Positions 39,897 to 48,112 of a stretch of DNA of 64,000 nt are shown here, in pieces. The DNA lies in contig CBDIIB010000003.1 of the NCBI GenBank assembly GCA_965279525.1, forward strand, positions 192,001 to 256,000, read 5' to 3'. Each line of letters opens with the position of its first letter. The first letter of the stretch is position 1. Under the pieces are notes generated by a model. It did no database searches. It saw only the letters and a list, made by a program, of their open reading frames with translations, and had not been told where the DNA came from. A program made the position numbers and the translations under genes. Source of the stretch: Tagaea sp. GTDB lineage: Bacteria > Pseudomonadota > Alphaproteobacteria > CACIAM-22H2.

Positions 39897-40754
39897 GTGC
39901 CGGCCAGAAGCCCGCAAGGAACAGCAGGCTCGCCCTCAGCTTGGGGGCTCATCGGATTTGGCATTTATTTGTGTTTTCTCATTCAGTCAGCGGGTGCGCA
40001 GGCGGTCAATCAGTCACCAGAGTTGAGTGCCGCAACGGGAGCCCTTCGCGCGCGCAGCGAAGAGTTCAAACGGGAGGATCAAGCCTACAGATCCGTCCAG
40101 ACCGGTCAGAAAATGTCGACGGCCGAGCGCGACGACTATGCGGAGTTTGTTGCCGGTCTCCGCCGGAAATTTCTCGAGCAGTGCGAAGTGGTCCGAGGCC
40201 TTGGCGGTGAAAGCGCCATTGCCGAGTTCGACTGCGTCCGCGCCGGACCGCTTGTCGCCCGCGCGAGTCTCGCTCCTGTTCAAGCGGTCCAGACGGACGA
40301 CGAAAAGCGAGCGGCAGTTCAGGCGCGCCTGAACCAGATCGAGGGTGCGATCGATGAGGATCTGTTGAAGCGCCAGCAGGAGATCAAGCAGGCCGATGCC
40401 CAGCCTTCCGGGGGCAGTGCTGCCGGAGGTGCGTCAGGTCAGTCTGGCAGCGGCGGCCAGGGAGGGAGCGGCGCCAGCCAGGCAGCCGCAGCGCAGGCCG
40501 CAGGCGGTGGTGCACGTGCCGGTTCCCCGAACAGCTCGACGGCATCGGCTGCGAACGCCGGACAAGGCCTGGCCTCACCCGGCGCATCTCCGCCTGCAGC
40601 AGGCCAGCATGAACGGCAGGCAGTTGCCGACGGCGGCGTTGGCGACGACATCGTTGCACGCCAGCTAAGGGAGGCCGCCGAGAGGGAAGCCGATCCGGCG
40701 CTCCGGGAAAAACTCTGGGCCGAATATCGAAAGTATCGGGAGGCAAAAAAGTGA
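39897..40754 (+). CDS. Hypothetical secreted protein (helical, G/S/A-rich linker, charged C-terminal helix)
   Basis: Signal-like segment ending AGAQA; C-terminal DDIVARQLREAAEREADPALREKLWAEYRKYR; GTGA coupling to the next gene. Start uncertain. Confidence 0.75.
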   Translation: MPARSPQGTAGSPSAWGLIGFGIYLCFLIQSAGAQAVNQSPELSAATGALRARSEEFKREDQAYRSVQTGQKMSTAERDDYAEFVAGLRRKFLEQCEVVRGLGGESAIAEFDCVRAGPLVARASLAPVQAVQTDDEKRAAVQARLNQIEGAIDEDLLKRQQEIKQADAQPSGGSAAGGASGQSGSGGQGGSGASQAAAAQAAGGGARAGSPNSSTASAANAGQGLASPGASPPAAGQHERQAVADGGVGDDIVARQLREAAEREADPALREKLWAEYRKYREAKK

Positions 40755-42079
40755 AGTGGGCAGGATACTTGATCCGGGTGGCTGTTCCGTGCGCGCTTTC
40801 ACTTTTTGTTGGTGCCTGCGCGGCGAACTACCCGACGCGGACGGTGTCGTATACCGAGACCAAGCTCGAGCGTCCCGACGCGCAGCAGTCGGAATCCGAT
40901 CTTCTGAATGTCAGGATCGAGGTTTTCGAGAAGGGGGAACTGCCCGACGATCCGAACGTCCGCAGAGGGCTTTCGCCCGATATCCGAAATGCCGAGGCTT
41001 ACTACGTTCCGACCCAGATCAAGAATGCAATGCAACGCTCCGGGCATTGGGGGCAGGTTCGTGTGGTTCCGTCGGGTGGACGGGAGGGCGAGGTTCATAT
41101 CAGCGGGAAAATCCTCGAATCGGATGGCGAGGTCCTCAAGCTCGAAGTGCAGGTCAGAGATGCTACCGGTGCGCCGTGGTTTACCAAGCGATACGAGAGC
41201 GTCATCGACGCCGCCGCGTACAGCAAAGCCGAAGCGGCCCGCGTCGATGCGTTTCAGGACACTTATAACCAGATCGCCAACGACGTCGCGGCCTACAGGA
41301 AGCACCTGAAGTCCGGGGATGCTGCGGAAATCCGGCAGGTGGCGGAGCTGCGCTTTGGCGCCGACTTCGCGCCGTCGGCATATGGGAGTTTCATCAAGAA
41401 GACGGAGACTCCGACACCGGCGCAGTCGGACGTATTGCAGCGGCTGTGGGGGGCAATAAGCCGCGACCAGAAGCCCTCCGCCCGCGTCCCTGCGTATACG
41501 GTCGATCGGCTTCCGTCCGAAGACGATCCCGTTGTCCAGCGGGTCAGTCGAATCAGGGCCCGCGAGGAGTTTCTGATCGACACGCTCGACCAGCAGTATG
41601 ACGGGTTGGCCAAGTCGATCAGCGATCCTTACACGCTCTGGCGGACGTCGCGCCTGAAGGAGATCAATGCGATCCGGGCCGTCGACAAGGTCCAGAACGA
41701 GGAGCAGGCAAAGGCCGTTGCTGCCGGTGTCTTTGGCGTACTTTTGGGTGTTGCCCTGGCTTCACAAAGCAATAGCGGCGGTGGCTGCTATGGCTGTACG
41801 ACTGCCGGTGTCGCGGTTGCGGCAGGTGCTGTCGCGATCGGCGTCCAGATGGCGACGCGTGCGTCCGAGCAGGCCGCCTCGGAGACCGCACTTCGGCGCA
41901 CCGCACTGGAAGAGCTCGGGAACTCGCTTGCGACGGACGTCAAGCCGACGGTGGTCGAAGTTGAAGGCAAGACCGTCGAACTGAAGGGGACCGTCGAGGA
42001 GAAGTTCAAGGCTTGGCGTGAAGTCCTGCAGTCGCTCCAGGAACTCGAGACGGGACAGCCGGCCCCCGCAACCTCCTAG
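40751..42079 (+). CDS. Hypothetical lipoprotein with C-terminal hydrophobic glycine/alanine hairpin
   Basis: Lipobox VGAC; alpha/beta N-domain; VAAGVFGVLLGVALAS...GVAVAAGAVAIGV. Confidence 0.8.
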   Translation: MKWAGYLIRVAVPCALSLFVGACAANYPTRTVSYTETKLERPDAQQSESDLLNVRIEVFEKGELPDDPNVRRGLSPDIRNAEAYYVPTQIKNAMQRSGHWGQVRVVPSGGREGEVHISGKILESDGEVLKLEVQVRDATGAPWFTKRYESVIDAAAYSKAEAARVDAFQDTYNQIANDVAAYRKHLKSGDAAEIRQVAELRFGADFAPSAYGSFIKKTETPTPAQSDVLQRLWGAISRDQKPSARVPAYTVDRLPSEDDPVVQRVSRIRAREEFLIDTLDQQYDGLAKSISDPYTLWRTSRLKEINAIRAVDKVQNEEQAKAVAAGVFGVLLGVALASQSNSGGGCYGCTTAGVAVAAGAVAIGVQMATRASEQAASETALRRTALEELGNSLATDVKPTVVEVEGKTVELKGTVEEKFKAWREVLQSLQELETGQPAPATS

Positions 42080-42099
42080 CCGCCGTCGGGTCGTTACGC

Positions 42100-43551
42100 A
42101 TGCAGTCCGCCTCCCGGTCGACGCGCAAGATCGTCATATCCGCGGCACTTCTTGCCGCTCTGGCGTCTATCGCGATTTATGTCGTTCTTGTCCTGCCGGA
42201 GCGGGTCCAGCAGGTGGGCAAGCCGTTGCCGCCGACTGGTCGTGCCGATGTTGCCTCACCGCCGCCGCAGCGTCCAGCCATAGACGCTGCTCCTGCGCCG
42301 GCCCAAGCGGAAAATGACCGGCTTGTAGCCGAAGCTTCCCAAGCGTCGGCTCTCCAGAAGCTGGCAAAGCTCGAAGGCGAAGGTGCGCGCGTCTGGGGCG
42401 CGGAAATGCTGTCTGGCACGGGCATGGCTTTGGTTGAAGAGGCCTTGGCGAAGGCAAATGGAGCGATTGTTCGGCGCGCATTTGGCGATGCCAGCTCCGC
42501 TTTCGCAGAGGTCGGCGCGCAACTCGATCGTCTGGCAGATTCGAAGCCTGAACGCCTTGCGCGGGCCATGGCGGAGGGGGCTGCCGCGCTGGCCGGGCTC
42601 GATGCGCCGTCGGCCTTGAAGCAGTTCACGATCGCCGCGGCGGCGGCGCCCGGAAACGCCGAAGCGGAACGCGGACTTGACCGGGCGCGCAAGCTCCCGG
42701 AGGCACTGGCAAGCGTCGCCGCCGGCGATGCAGCGGTTGCCGCACGGGATTTTCCGACCGCGAAGTCGGCATATCAGAGGGCTGGCGAAATCGATCCCGG
42801 CCTCGCCGTTGCGCGGGAGAAGCTCCGCGACATCGATGCGCGGATATCCGCTCAGGCCTACCAGTCCGCAGTTACCGAAGCTGTCGCACGCCTCCGGGAG
42901 GGAAATGCGAAGTCGGCAGAAACCGCACTTGCGCGCGCCCAAAGGTTACGCCCGAATGCCCCAGAGCTTGCCGATCTACGGATGCAGATTGCCGCGGCAT
43001 CCAAACTTTCGGAAATCCGGCGTCTCCAGGGTGCGGCAGAAGCGATGGAGCGTCAGGAAAAATGGTCCGAAGCCGCAAAAGCGTACGAGCAGGTATTGGC
43101 ACTCGACGCCAGCGCTGCGTTCGCCGGACGGGGTCTGGAGCAGGCAAAACACCTCGCGGCACTGCATGGTTTGATCGACGGATATCTTGCGAGCCCGGAG
43201 CGACTGCGATCATCCGAGCCTCGTTCACATGCGCAGGCGGTTCTCGGTCAAGCCAGTGCATCGGAGCCGGGTCCGGTATTGCGCGGAAAAGCCGATCGGC
43301 TAACCGAACTTCTGGCGGCGGCGCAGGCACCGATTCCAGTGACACTCAAGTCCGACAACGCGACACAGATCGAGATCCTGCGCGTCGGCCCTTTGGGAAT
43401 TTTCGAGAGGCATAGCCTGTCGCTCATTCCAGGTCGGTATACGGCCGTCGGACGGAGAGCCGGATATCGGGATGTTCGTGTACAGTTCGAAGTGGCCCGA
43501 GCCGAACAACCGCTGGAGATCGTCGTGCAGTGCATCGAGAGGATCCGTTGA
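42100..43551 (+). CDS. Membrane-anchored TPR-like protein with C-terminal PEGA-like domain
   Basis: N-terminal TM, Pro-rich linker, TPR-like turns (APGNAEAERGL, IDPGLAVA, LRPNAPEL, LALDASAAFA); PGRYTAVGRRAGYRDVR. Confidence 0.8.
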   Translation: MQSASRSTRKIVISAALLAALASIAIYVVLVLPERVQQVGKPLPPTGRADVASPPPQRPAIDAAPAPAQAENDRLVAEASQASALQKLAKLEGEGARVWGAEMLSGTGMALVEEALAKANGAIVRRAFGDASSAFAEVGAQLDRLADSKPERLARAMAEGAAALAGLDAPSALKQFTIAAAAAPGNAEAERGLDRARKLPEALASVAAGDAAVAARDFPTAKSAYQRAGEIDPGLAVAREKLRDIDARISAQAYQSAVTEAVARLREGNAKSAETALARAQRLRPNAPELADLRMQIAAASKLSEIRRLQGAAEAMERQEKWSEAAKAYEQVLALDASAAFAGRGLEQAKHLAALHGLIDGYLASPERLRSSEPRSHAQAVLGQASASEPGPVLRGKADRLTELLAAAQAPIPVTLKSDNATQIEILRVGPLGIFERHSLSLIPGRYTAVGRRAGYRDVRVQFEVARAEQPLEIVVQCIERIR

Positions 43552-45968
43552 CAAAGCTCCGGTTCGAGCGGGCCGGCGACGGGCCTACATTCCAGGAATC
43601 CGACTTTCCGCTGGCGGTCGGACTGACGGCGCGTGGTGTGGAAATCGGCCCATCAGCCGCCGGCACGACGGTTGCCTGGCTCCTGCAGCATCCCAAAGGT
43701 CTGTCACTCCAGCCGGAAAGTTCGGGCATCTCGTTCCTCGTGAACGGTGCGCCGCTTCTGCGTGCCGTATGGATAACCGGAGGCGATCGAATACAGATCG
43801 ACAGGCATTCTCTGGTCGTCGACTGGTCCGGAGACGTGCCCTGCCTGCGGGCGGTGGATCAGACGCCGGACGGCCCGACAGACGTACCGGTTGAAGGTGC
43901 ATTGCTGGAACAGGCAGAGCGGATCGGACGGAAATTCGACGATCCAGGACGGGCCAACTCGGGCAAGGGCCGCCACAAGGCGAGGATTTTCGCGGCCGTG
44001 TCGGCATTTGCCGTGCTCTGCGCTGGTGTCGCATTCGTGCTGCTCGCATCGCCGATCAACCTGCGCTTCACGCCCGATGCCGACACGGTCTCGATCACCG
44101 GGTTCCCGCCTTCTTTCCAGGTCGGGGATCGCCATCTTGCCCTGCCTGGCACTTATCGGGTGGAGGCACGGAAGGAAGGTTTCAAGGACATCGATCGCAG
44201 GATCGTCGTCGAATATGGCACCGCCCCGTTGCATGATCTCGCTTTCCAGAAGCTCGACGGCGTCTTGCGGGTCACGACGAAGCCGATCGACGGTGCGAAG
44301 GTTCTTGTGGACGGCATCGAGCGGGCGTCGACGCCTGCCGAGATCGAAGTTGCGGCCGGAACCCGAGACATCAGTGTCACGGCTGACCGGTACCTTCCCG
44401 AAAGCCGGCAACTGGCAGTCGAGGGGATGGGGCGGCGGCAGGATCTCGAGATCGAGATGAAGCCGGCCTGGGCGGAAATCCGGATTTCTTCCCGACCTGC
44501 CGGTGCGCAGGTGAAAATCGGCAGCGATGCTGTCGGAACGACGCCCGTCGTCACCCAGGTACTTCAAGGTGAACAGGATCTCGAAGTCTCACTGGCAGGC
44601 TGGAAGACGATCCGCCGCAAGTTGGCTGTCAAAGCCGGTGTTCCGGAAGCACTTCCGACCTTCGAGATGGAGCGGCTTGATGGCGTACTCGCTCTGGTAT
44701 CCGAGCCGACGGGCGCAACGGTCACGGTGAACGGGCAGTTTCGAGGCCAGACCCCGCTCTCGATCTCGCTTGTCGGGGACAGGGACTATCAGGTGGTTCT
44801 CTCGAAGTCCGGCTACGAAAATGAAACGCGCTCTTTCCGGATCGAGGGTGAAAGAACGAACCGAGGCAGCATCCAGCTGCAGCCCGAGTACGGAACCGTT
44901 TTCGTGACGATCAGCCCGCCCGGGGCGACGCTCAGGATCAACGGCAAGGCAAACGGAAGCGGCTCGCAGAGACTGTCGCTCCAGACACTGCCGCAGACCC
45001 TTGAAGTCGACATGCCCGGCCATGAATCCCAGAAGATGGCGGTGACGCCGCAGAAGGGCGTCGCGAAGCGGCTCGACATCACGCTCAAGACCGTTGGTCA
45101 GGCGATGCGGGACAAGTACGGACGAGGCATCGTCAGCGCCGGTGGCGAGAAGCTCGTCTTGGCCCAGTTCACGGAGCCAGTCGCGATCATGATCGGCTCC
45201 CCTCGGCGGGACCCATCGCGCCGATCCAACGAGACGGAGTATCAGGTCGAACTCACGCGCTCCTTCCTCATCAGCGAGAAGGAGGTGACCAATGCGGATT
45301 TCAAGAAATTCAAGCCCGGACATTCGTCAGGCTCGATCCAGGGGGCGAGTCTCGATGGCGCCGACCAGCCGGTCGTGAACGTCTCGTGGGAGGATGCCGC
45401 ACGCTATGCAAACTGGCTCAGTTCGAAGGAGGGGCTGGTCCCGGCCTACCGCGAGCAAGGCGGAAAGGTCGCTGCCGTCCATCCGCTTACGAACGGATAT
45501 CGCCTTCCGACCGAAGCGGAATGGGAGTTTGTCGCAAGATATGAAGCCATCGCGCGGGCGGGCGCTCAGCCTTTGCGGTTTCCTTGGGGCGATGCCGCGA
45601 CGACGCCGGCTGGCAGCGGGAACTTCGCACACGACGGCTCGGGGCTGCCACTTACGATTCCGGGCTATGTCGACCAGTATGTCGGATCGGCGCCGGTCGG
45701 AAAATTCCCGCCGAACCGGGCCCAGATCTACGATCTCGCAGGAAATGTCGCGGAATGGTGCCATGATTACTACGATGTGACGCTCGGTCCGTCGACGGGC
45801 ATCAAGCGCGATCCGGCCGGTCCGGCGGAGGGAAGATTTCATGTTGTCAAAGGATCGAGCTGGCGGACGGGAAGCCTGGCGGAGTTGCGATTTGCCTATC
45901 GCGACTACACCGAAAAGCCTCGCGATGACCTCGGCTTCAGGGTGGCGAGATATGTCGATGCACCTTGA
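43548..45968 (+). CDS. FHA-like + TM + PEGA repeats + FGE-sulfatase (SUMF1/GldK-like) domain protein
   Basis: FLVNG..GGDRIQI; TM; repeated S-P-GA-V-(I/V)(D/N)G PEGA units; EVTNADF, PVVNVSWEDA, YRLPTEAEWE, DLAGNVAEW, GFRVAR. TTGA overlap with GAGAGGA RBS. Confidence 0.88.
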   Translation: MTKLRFERAGDGPTFQESDFPLAVGLTARGVEIGPSAAGTTVAWLLQHPKGLSLQPESSGISFLVNGAPLLRAVWITGGDRIQIDRHSLVVDWSGDVPCLRAVDQTPDGPTDVPVEGALLEQAERIGRKFDDPGRANSGKGRHKARIFAAVSAFAVLCAGVAFVLLASPINLRFTPDADTVSITGFPPSFQVGDRHLALPGTYRVEARKEGFKDIDRRIVVEYGTAPLHDLAFQKLDGVLRVTTKPIDGAKVLVDGIERASTPAEIEVAAGTRDISVTADRYLPESRQLAVEGMGRRQDLEIEMKPAWAEIRISSRPAGAQVKIGSDAVGTTPVVTQVLQGEQDLEVSLAGWKTIRRKLAVKAGVPEALPTFEMERLDGVLALVSEPTGATVTVNGQFRGQTPLSISLVGDRDYQVVLSKSGYENETRSFRIEGERTNRGSIQLQPEYGTVFVTISPPGATLRINGKANGSGSQRLSLQTLPQTLEVDMPGHESQKMAVTPQKGVAKRLDITLKTVGQAMRDKYGRGIVSAGGEKLVLAQFTEPVAIMIGSPRRDPSRRSNETEYQVELTRSFLISEKEVTNADFKKFKPGHSSGSIQGASLDGADQPVVNVSWEDAARYANWLSSKEGLVPAYREQGGKVAAVHPLTNGYRLPTEAEWEFVARYEAIARAGAQPLRFPWGDAATTPAGSGNFAHDGSGLPLTIPGYVDQYVGSAPVGKFPPNRAQIYDLAGNVAEWCHDYYDVTLGPSTGIKRDPAGPAEGRFHVVKGSSWRTGSLAELRFAYRDYTEKPRDDLGFRVARYVDAP

Positions 45969-46191
45969 AGCAGTCAGGCGCGTGGTCCTGGCGATCGTGA
46001 TTCTTCTCTCAGTGGCACCGGCCGCGATCGCCCAAGCCGCAGATCCGGCCAGGACACCGGCAGCGCCACCATCTGCGCCGGTGACGCCAAGTGCCGCTCA
46101 GGCGGCACCACCCCAACAGCCGCCTTCCACCTTCCGTCCGGCCGAGCTGGTTTCGCCAAGCCGCAAGCTCTCCATGCCGAACGACATGTAA
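45958..46191 (+). CDS. Small secreted protein (signal peptide, Pro/Ala linker, short C-terminal motif)
   Basis: RRVVLAIVILLSVAPAAIAQA then a PA-rich linker and FRPAELVSPSRKLSMPNDM; fills the operon gap. Confidence 0.65.
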   Translation: MHLEAVRRVVLAIVILLSVAPAAIAQAADPARTPAAPPSAPVTPSAAQAAPPQQPPSTFRPAELVSPSRKLSMPNDM

Positions 46192-46201
46192 GGGACCGAC
46201 A

Positions 46202-46999
46202 ATGCGCAGGTTGTTTCCGACCGAGTTCATCTTCCAGATCGCATCGCTTCTCGTCTCGTTCATCGTCGTGCACGCGTTCTACGTTGCCGAGGTGCGCCCG
46301 AACGCCGAGATTTTCCTCACCCAGGAGCGCGCCAAGGCGTCGATCGATCCGTCTTACGAAATGCAGCAATCGATCTTCGTGATCCTTCGCGACTACGAGC
46401 AGGAAGCATGTTTCGTGCTGATGTTCTGGGCGATCGCGATCCTCGGATACAAAGGTTACAAAGTTTACCGGCAGCAGCGGCAGCTCGAGCTCGATCTGGT
46501 CGGGTTACCCGAGGAGGCGACGGTCACCGTCGAGACCGCACGCCAGACCTCGACCTTGATCCGAAAACGGCTCGACGTGGAGCAGCAGGATTTCCTGCTC
46601 TCCCGGTCGATGCTTGCGGCGATCGATCGGTTCTCGGTGACACGGAACGTCCAGGACGCCTCCAGTGTCGTGCACACGATCTGCGATGCCGAGTCCGAGC
46701 GGCTCGACACGGACCTTTCGATCATCCGCTATGTCGCGTGGGCAATTCCTTCGATCGGCTTCATCGGCACGGTCCGGGGCATTGGCGACGCGCTGACCAA
46801 GGTGCAGAAGGCCGTGGCCGGCGATATCACCGGCGTTACGGACAGTCTTGGAACCGCGTTCAATTCGACACTCATCGCCCTGCTGATATCGATCGTGCTC
46901 ATGTTCGTGATCCACCAGATGCAGTCTGCGCAGGAAAAGCTCGTGCTCGACACGCGGCGCTATTGCGACGATTGGCTTGTCCGTCGCCTCAGAAGCTAG
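46202..46999 (+). CDS. MotA/TolQ/ExbB proton channel family protein
   Basis: AIPSIGFIGTVRGIGDAL and LGTAFNSTLIALLISI (TM signature with conserved Pro/Gly/Thr); two N-terminal TMs. Confidence 0.9.
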   Translation: MRRLFPTEFIFQIASLLVSFIVVHAFYVAEVRPNAEIFLTQERAKASIDPSYEMQQSIFVILRDYEQEACFVLMFWAIAILGYKGYKVYRQQRQLELDLVGLPEEATVTVETARQTSTLIRKRLDVEQQDFLLSRSMLAAIDRFSVTRNVQDASSVVHTICDAESERLDTDLSIIRYVAWAIPSIGFIGTVRGIGDALTKVQKAVAGDITGVTDSLGTAFNSTLIALLISIVLMFVIHQMQSAQEKLVLDTRRYCDDWLVRRLRS

Positions 47000-47017
47000 G
47001 CGGCCGAGGGAGATGGC

Positions 47018-48112
47018 ATGAAGGGCAGGCGCGAAGCACCCGGGGGGCTGATATCGTTCCTCGACGTCATGTGCTGCGGCTTCGGTGCCGTCGTTCTTCT
47101 TGTCGTCATCCTGAACGGCAATCTCGTACAGAAGCGCGAGACGCAGTCCGAAGCGATGCGGGAGGAGGTCAGGCAACTCACCCAGCTGGAGTCATTCGCA
47201 CGGCAGGAATTGGCCCAGACCGGCGCCGAACTTGCGGGCGTCGAGGAGCAGAGGGCCTCGGTCAGCGCCCAGGCGGCACGGCTTGAGGCAAGGCTGCGCG
47301 ATACGCGCAGCCGGACCCAGGAAGTCCAGGCGCGGGCGGAGGCGCTGCAATCCTCCATCGCGACACTCCAGACGCAGAGTGCGGCGGTCGAGCAGGCCGT
47401 GACGCTGCTGAGATCGAAGGCGACCCAGCAATGGGATGGCGGGCGCCGGCCGGTCGGATTCTCCGGCGATGGCCAGAGGCAGTATTTGACCGGGCTCAAG
47501 CTCGGCGGCGAGCGGACGCTGATCCTGCTCGACTCGTCGGCAAGCATGCTCGACGAAACCATCGTCAACGTGGTGCGGTGGCGGATCACGGAGCCCGCGA
47601 TCAAGCGAACCGCGCCAAAATGGCAGCGCACGACGCGGACCTTGCATTGGCTCGTCGCGAATCTTCGACCCGGCAAGCAATTCCAAGTCTACCAGTTCAA
47701 TGCCTCCGCATCTCCACTGCTTGCCGGAACGGAAGGAAAGTGGCTTAGCACCAACGATACGGCGAGCCTGACTGGCGCACTGGCGGCCGCATCACAGATC
47801 GTGCCTGCCGGTGGCACCAGCCTGCATCGGGCATACGCGGTCATCGCGCAGATGAAACCGCCGCCGGACAGCGTTGTCGTGCTTACGGACGGACTGCCGA
47901 CCCTCGGCGTGCGCGAAGAGCCCGGCCGGCTTGTCTCGGCGGAAGAGCGGCTGACCCTTTTCAGCGATGCGATCCGGCTCATTCCGGGATCGATACCGGT
48001 AAATACGATCCTGTTTCCGATGGAAGGGGATCCCGCGGCGGCAGGCGCTTTCTGGCAACTTGCGCTCATGACGCAGGGCTCGTTCATGACACCGGCAAGG
48101 GATTGGCCGTGA
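47018..48112 (+). CDS. ExbD/MotB-like TM + coiled coil + vWA domain protein 1
   Basis: Basic N-terminus, SFLDVMCCGFGAVVLL TM, long heptad region, MIDAS DSSAS...GGT...LTDGLP. Confidence 0.85.
   Translation: MKGRREAPGGLISFLDVMCCGFGAVVLLVVILNGNLVQKRETQSEAMREEVRQLTQLESFARQELAQTGAELAGVEEQRASVSAQAARLEARLRDTRSRTQEVQARAEALQSSIATLQTQSAAVEQAVTLLRSKATQQWDGGRRPVGFSGDGQRQYLTGLKLGGERTLILLDSSASMLDETIVNVVRWRITEPAIKRTAPKWQRTTRTLHWLVANLRPGKQFQVYQFNASASPLLAGTEGKWLSTNDTASLTGALAAASQIVPAGGTSLHRAYAVIAQMKPPPDSVVVLTDGLPTLGVREEPGRLVSAEERLTLFSDAIRLIPGSIPVNTILFPMEGDPAAAGAFWQLALMTQGSFMTPARDWP

Noticed and set aside
45100-45968. FGE/C-type-lectin fold as a diversity-generating retroelement target
   Set aside because: No reverse transcriptase and no template-repeat copy of the 3' end seen in the window.
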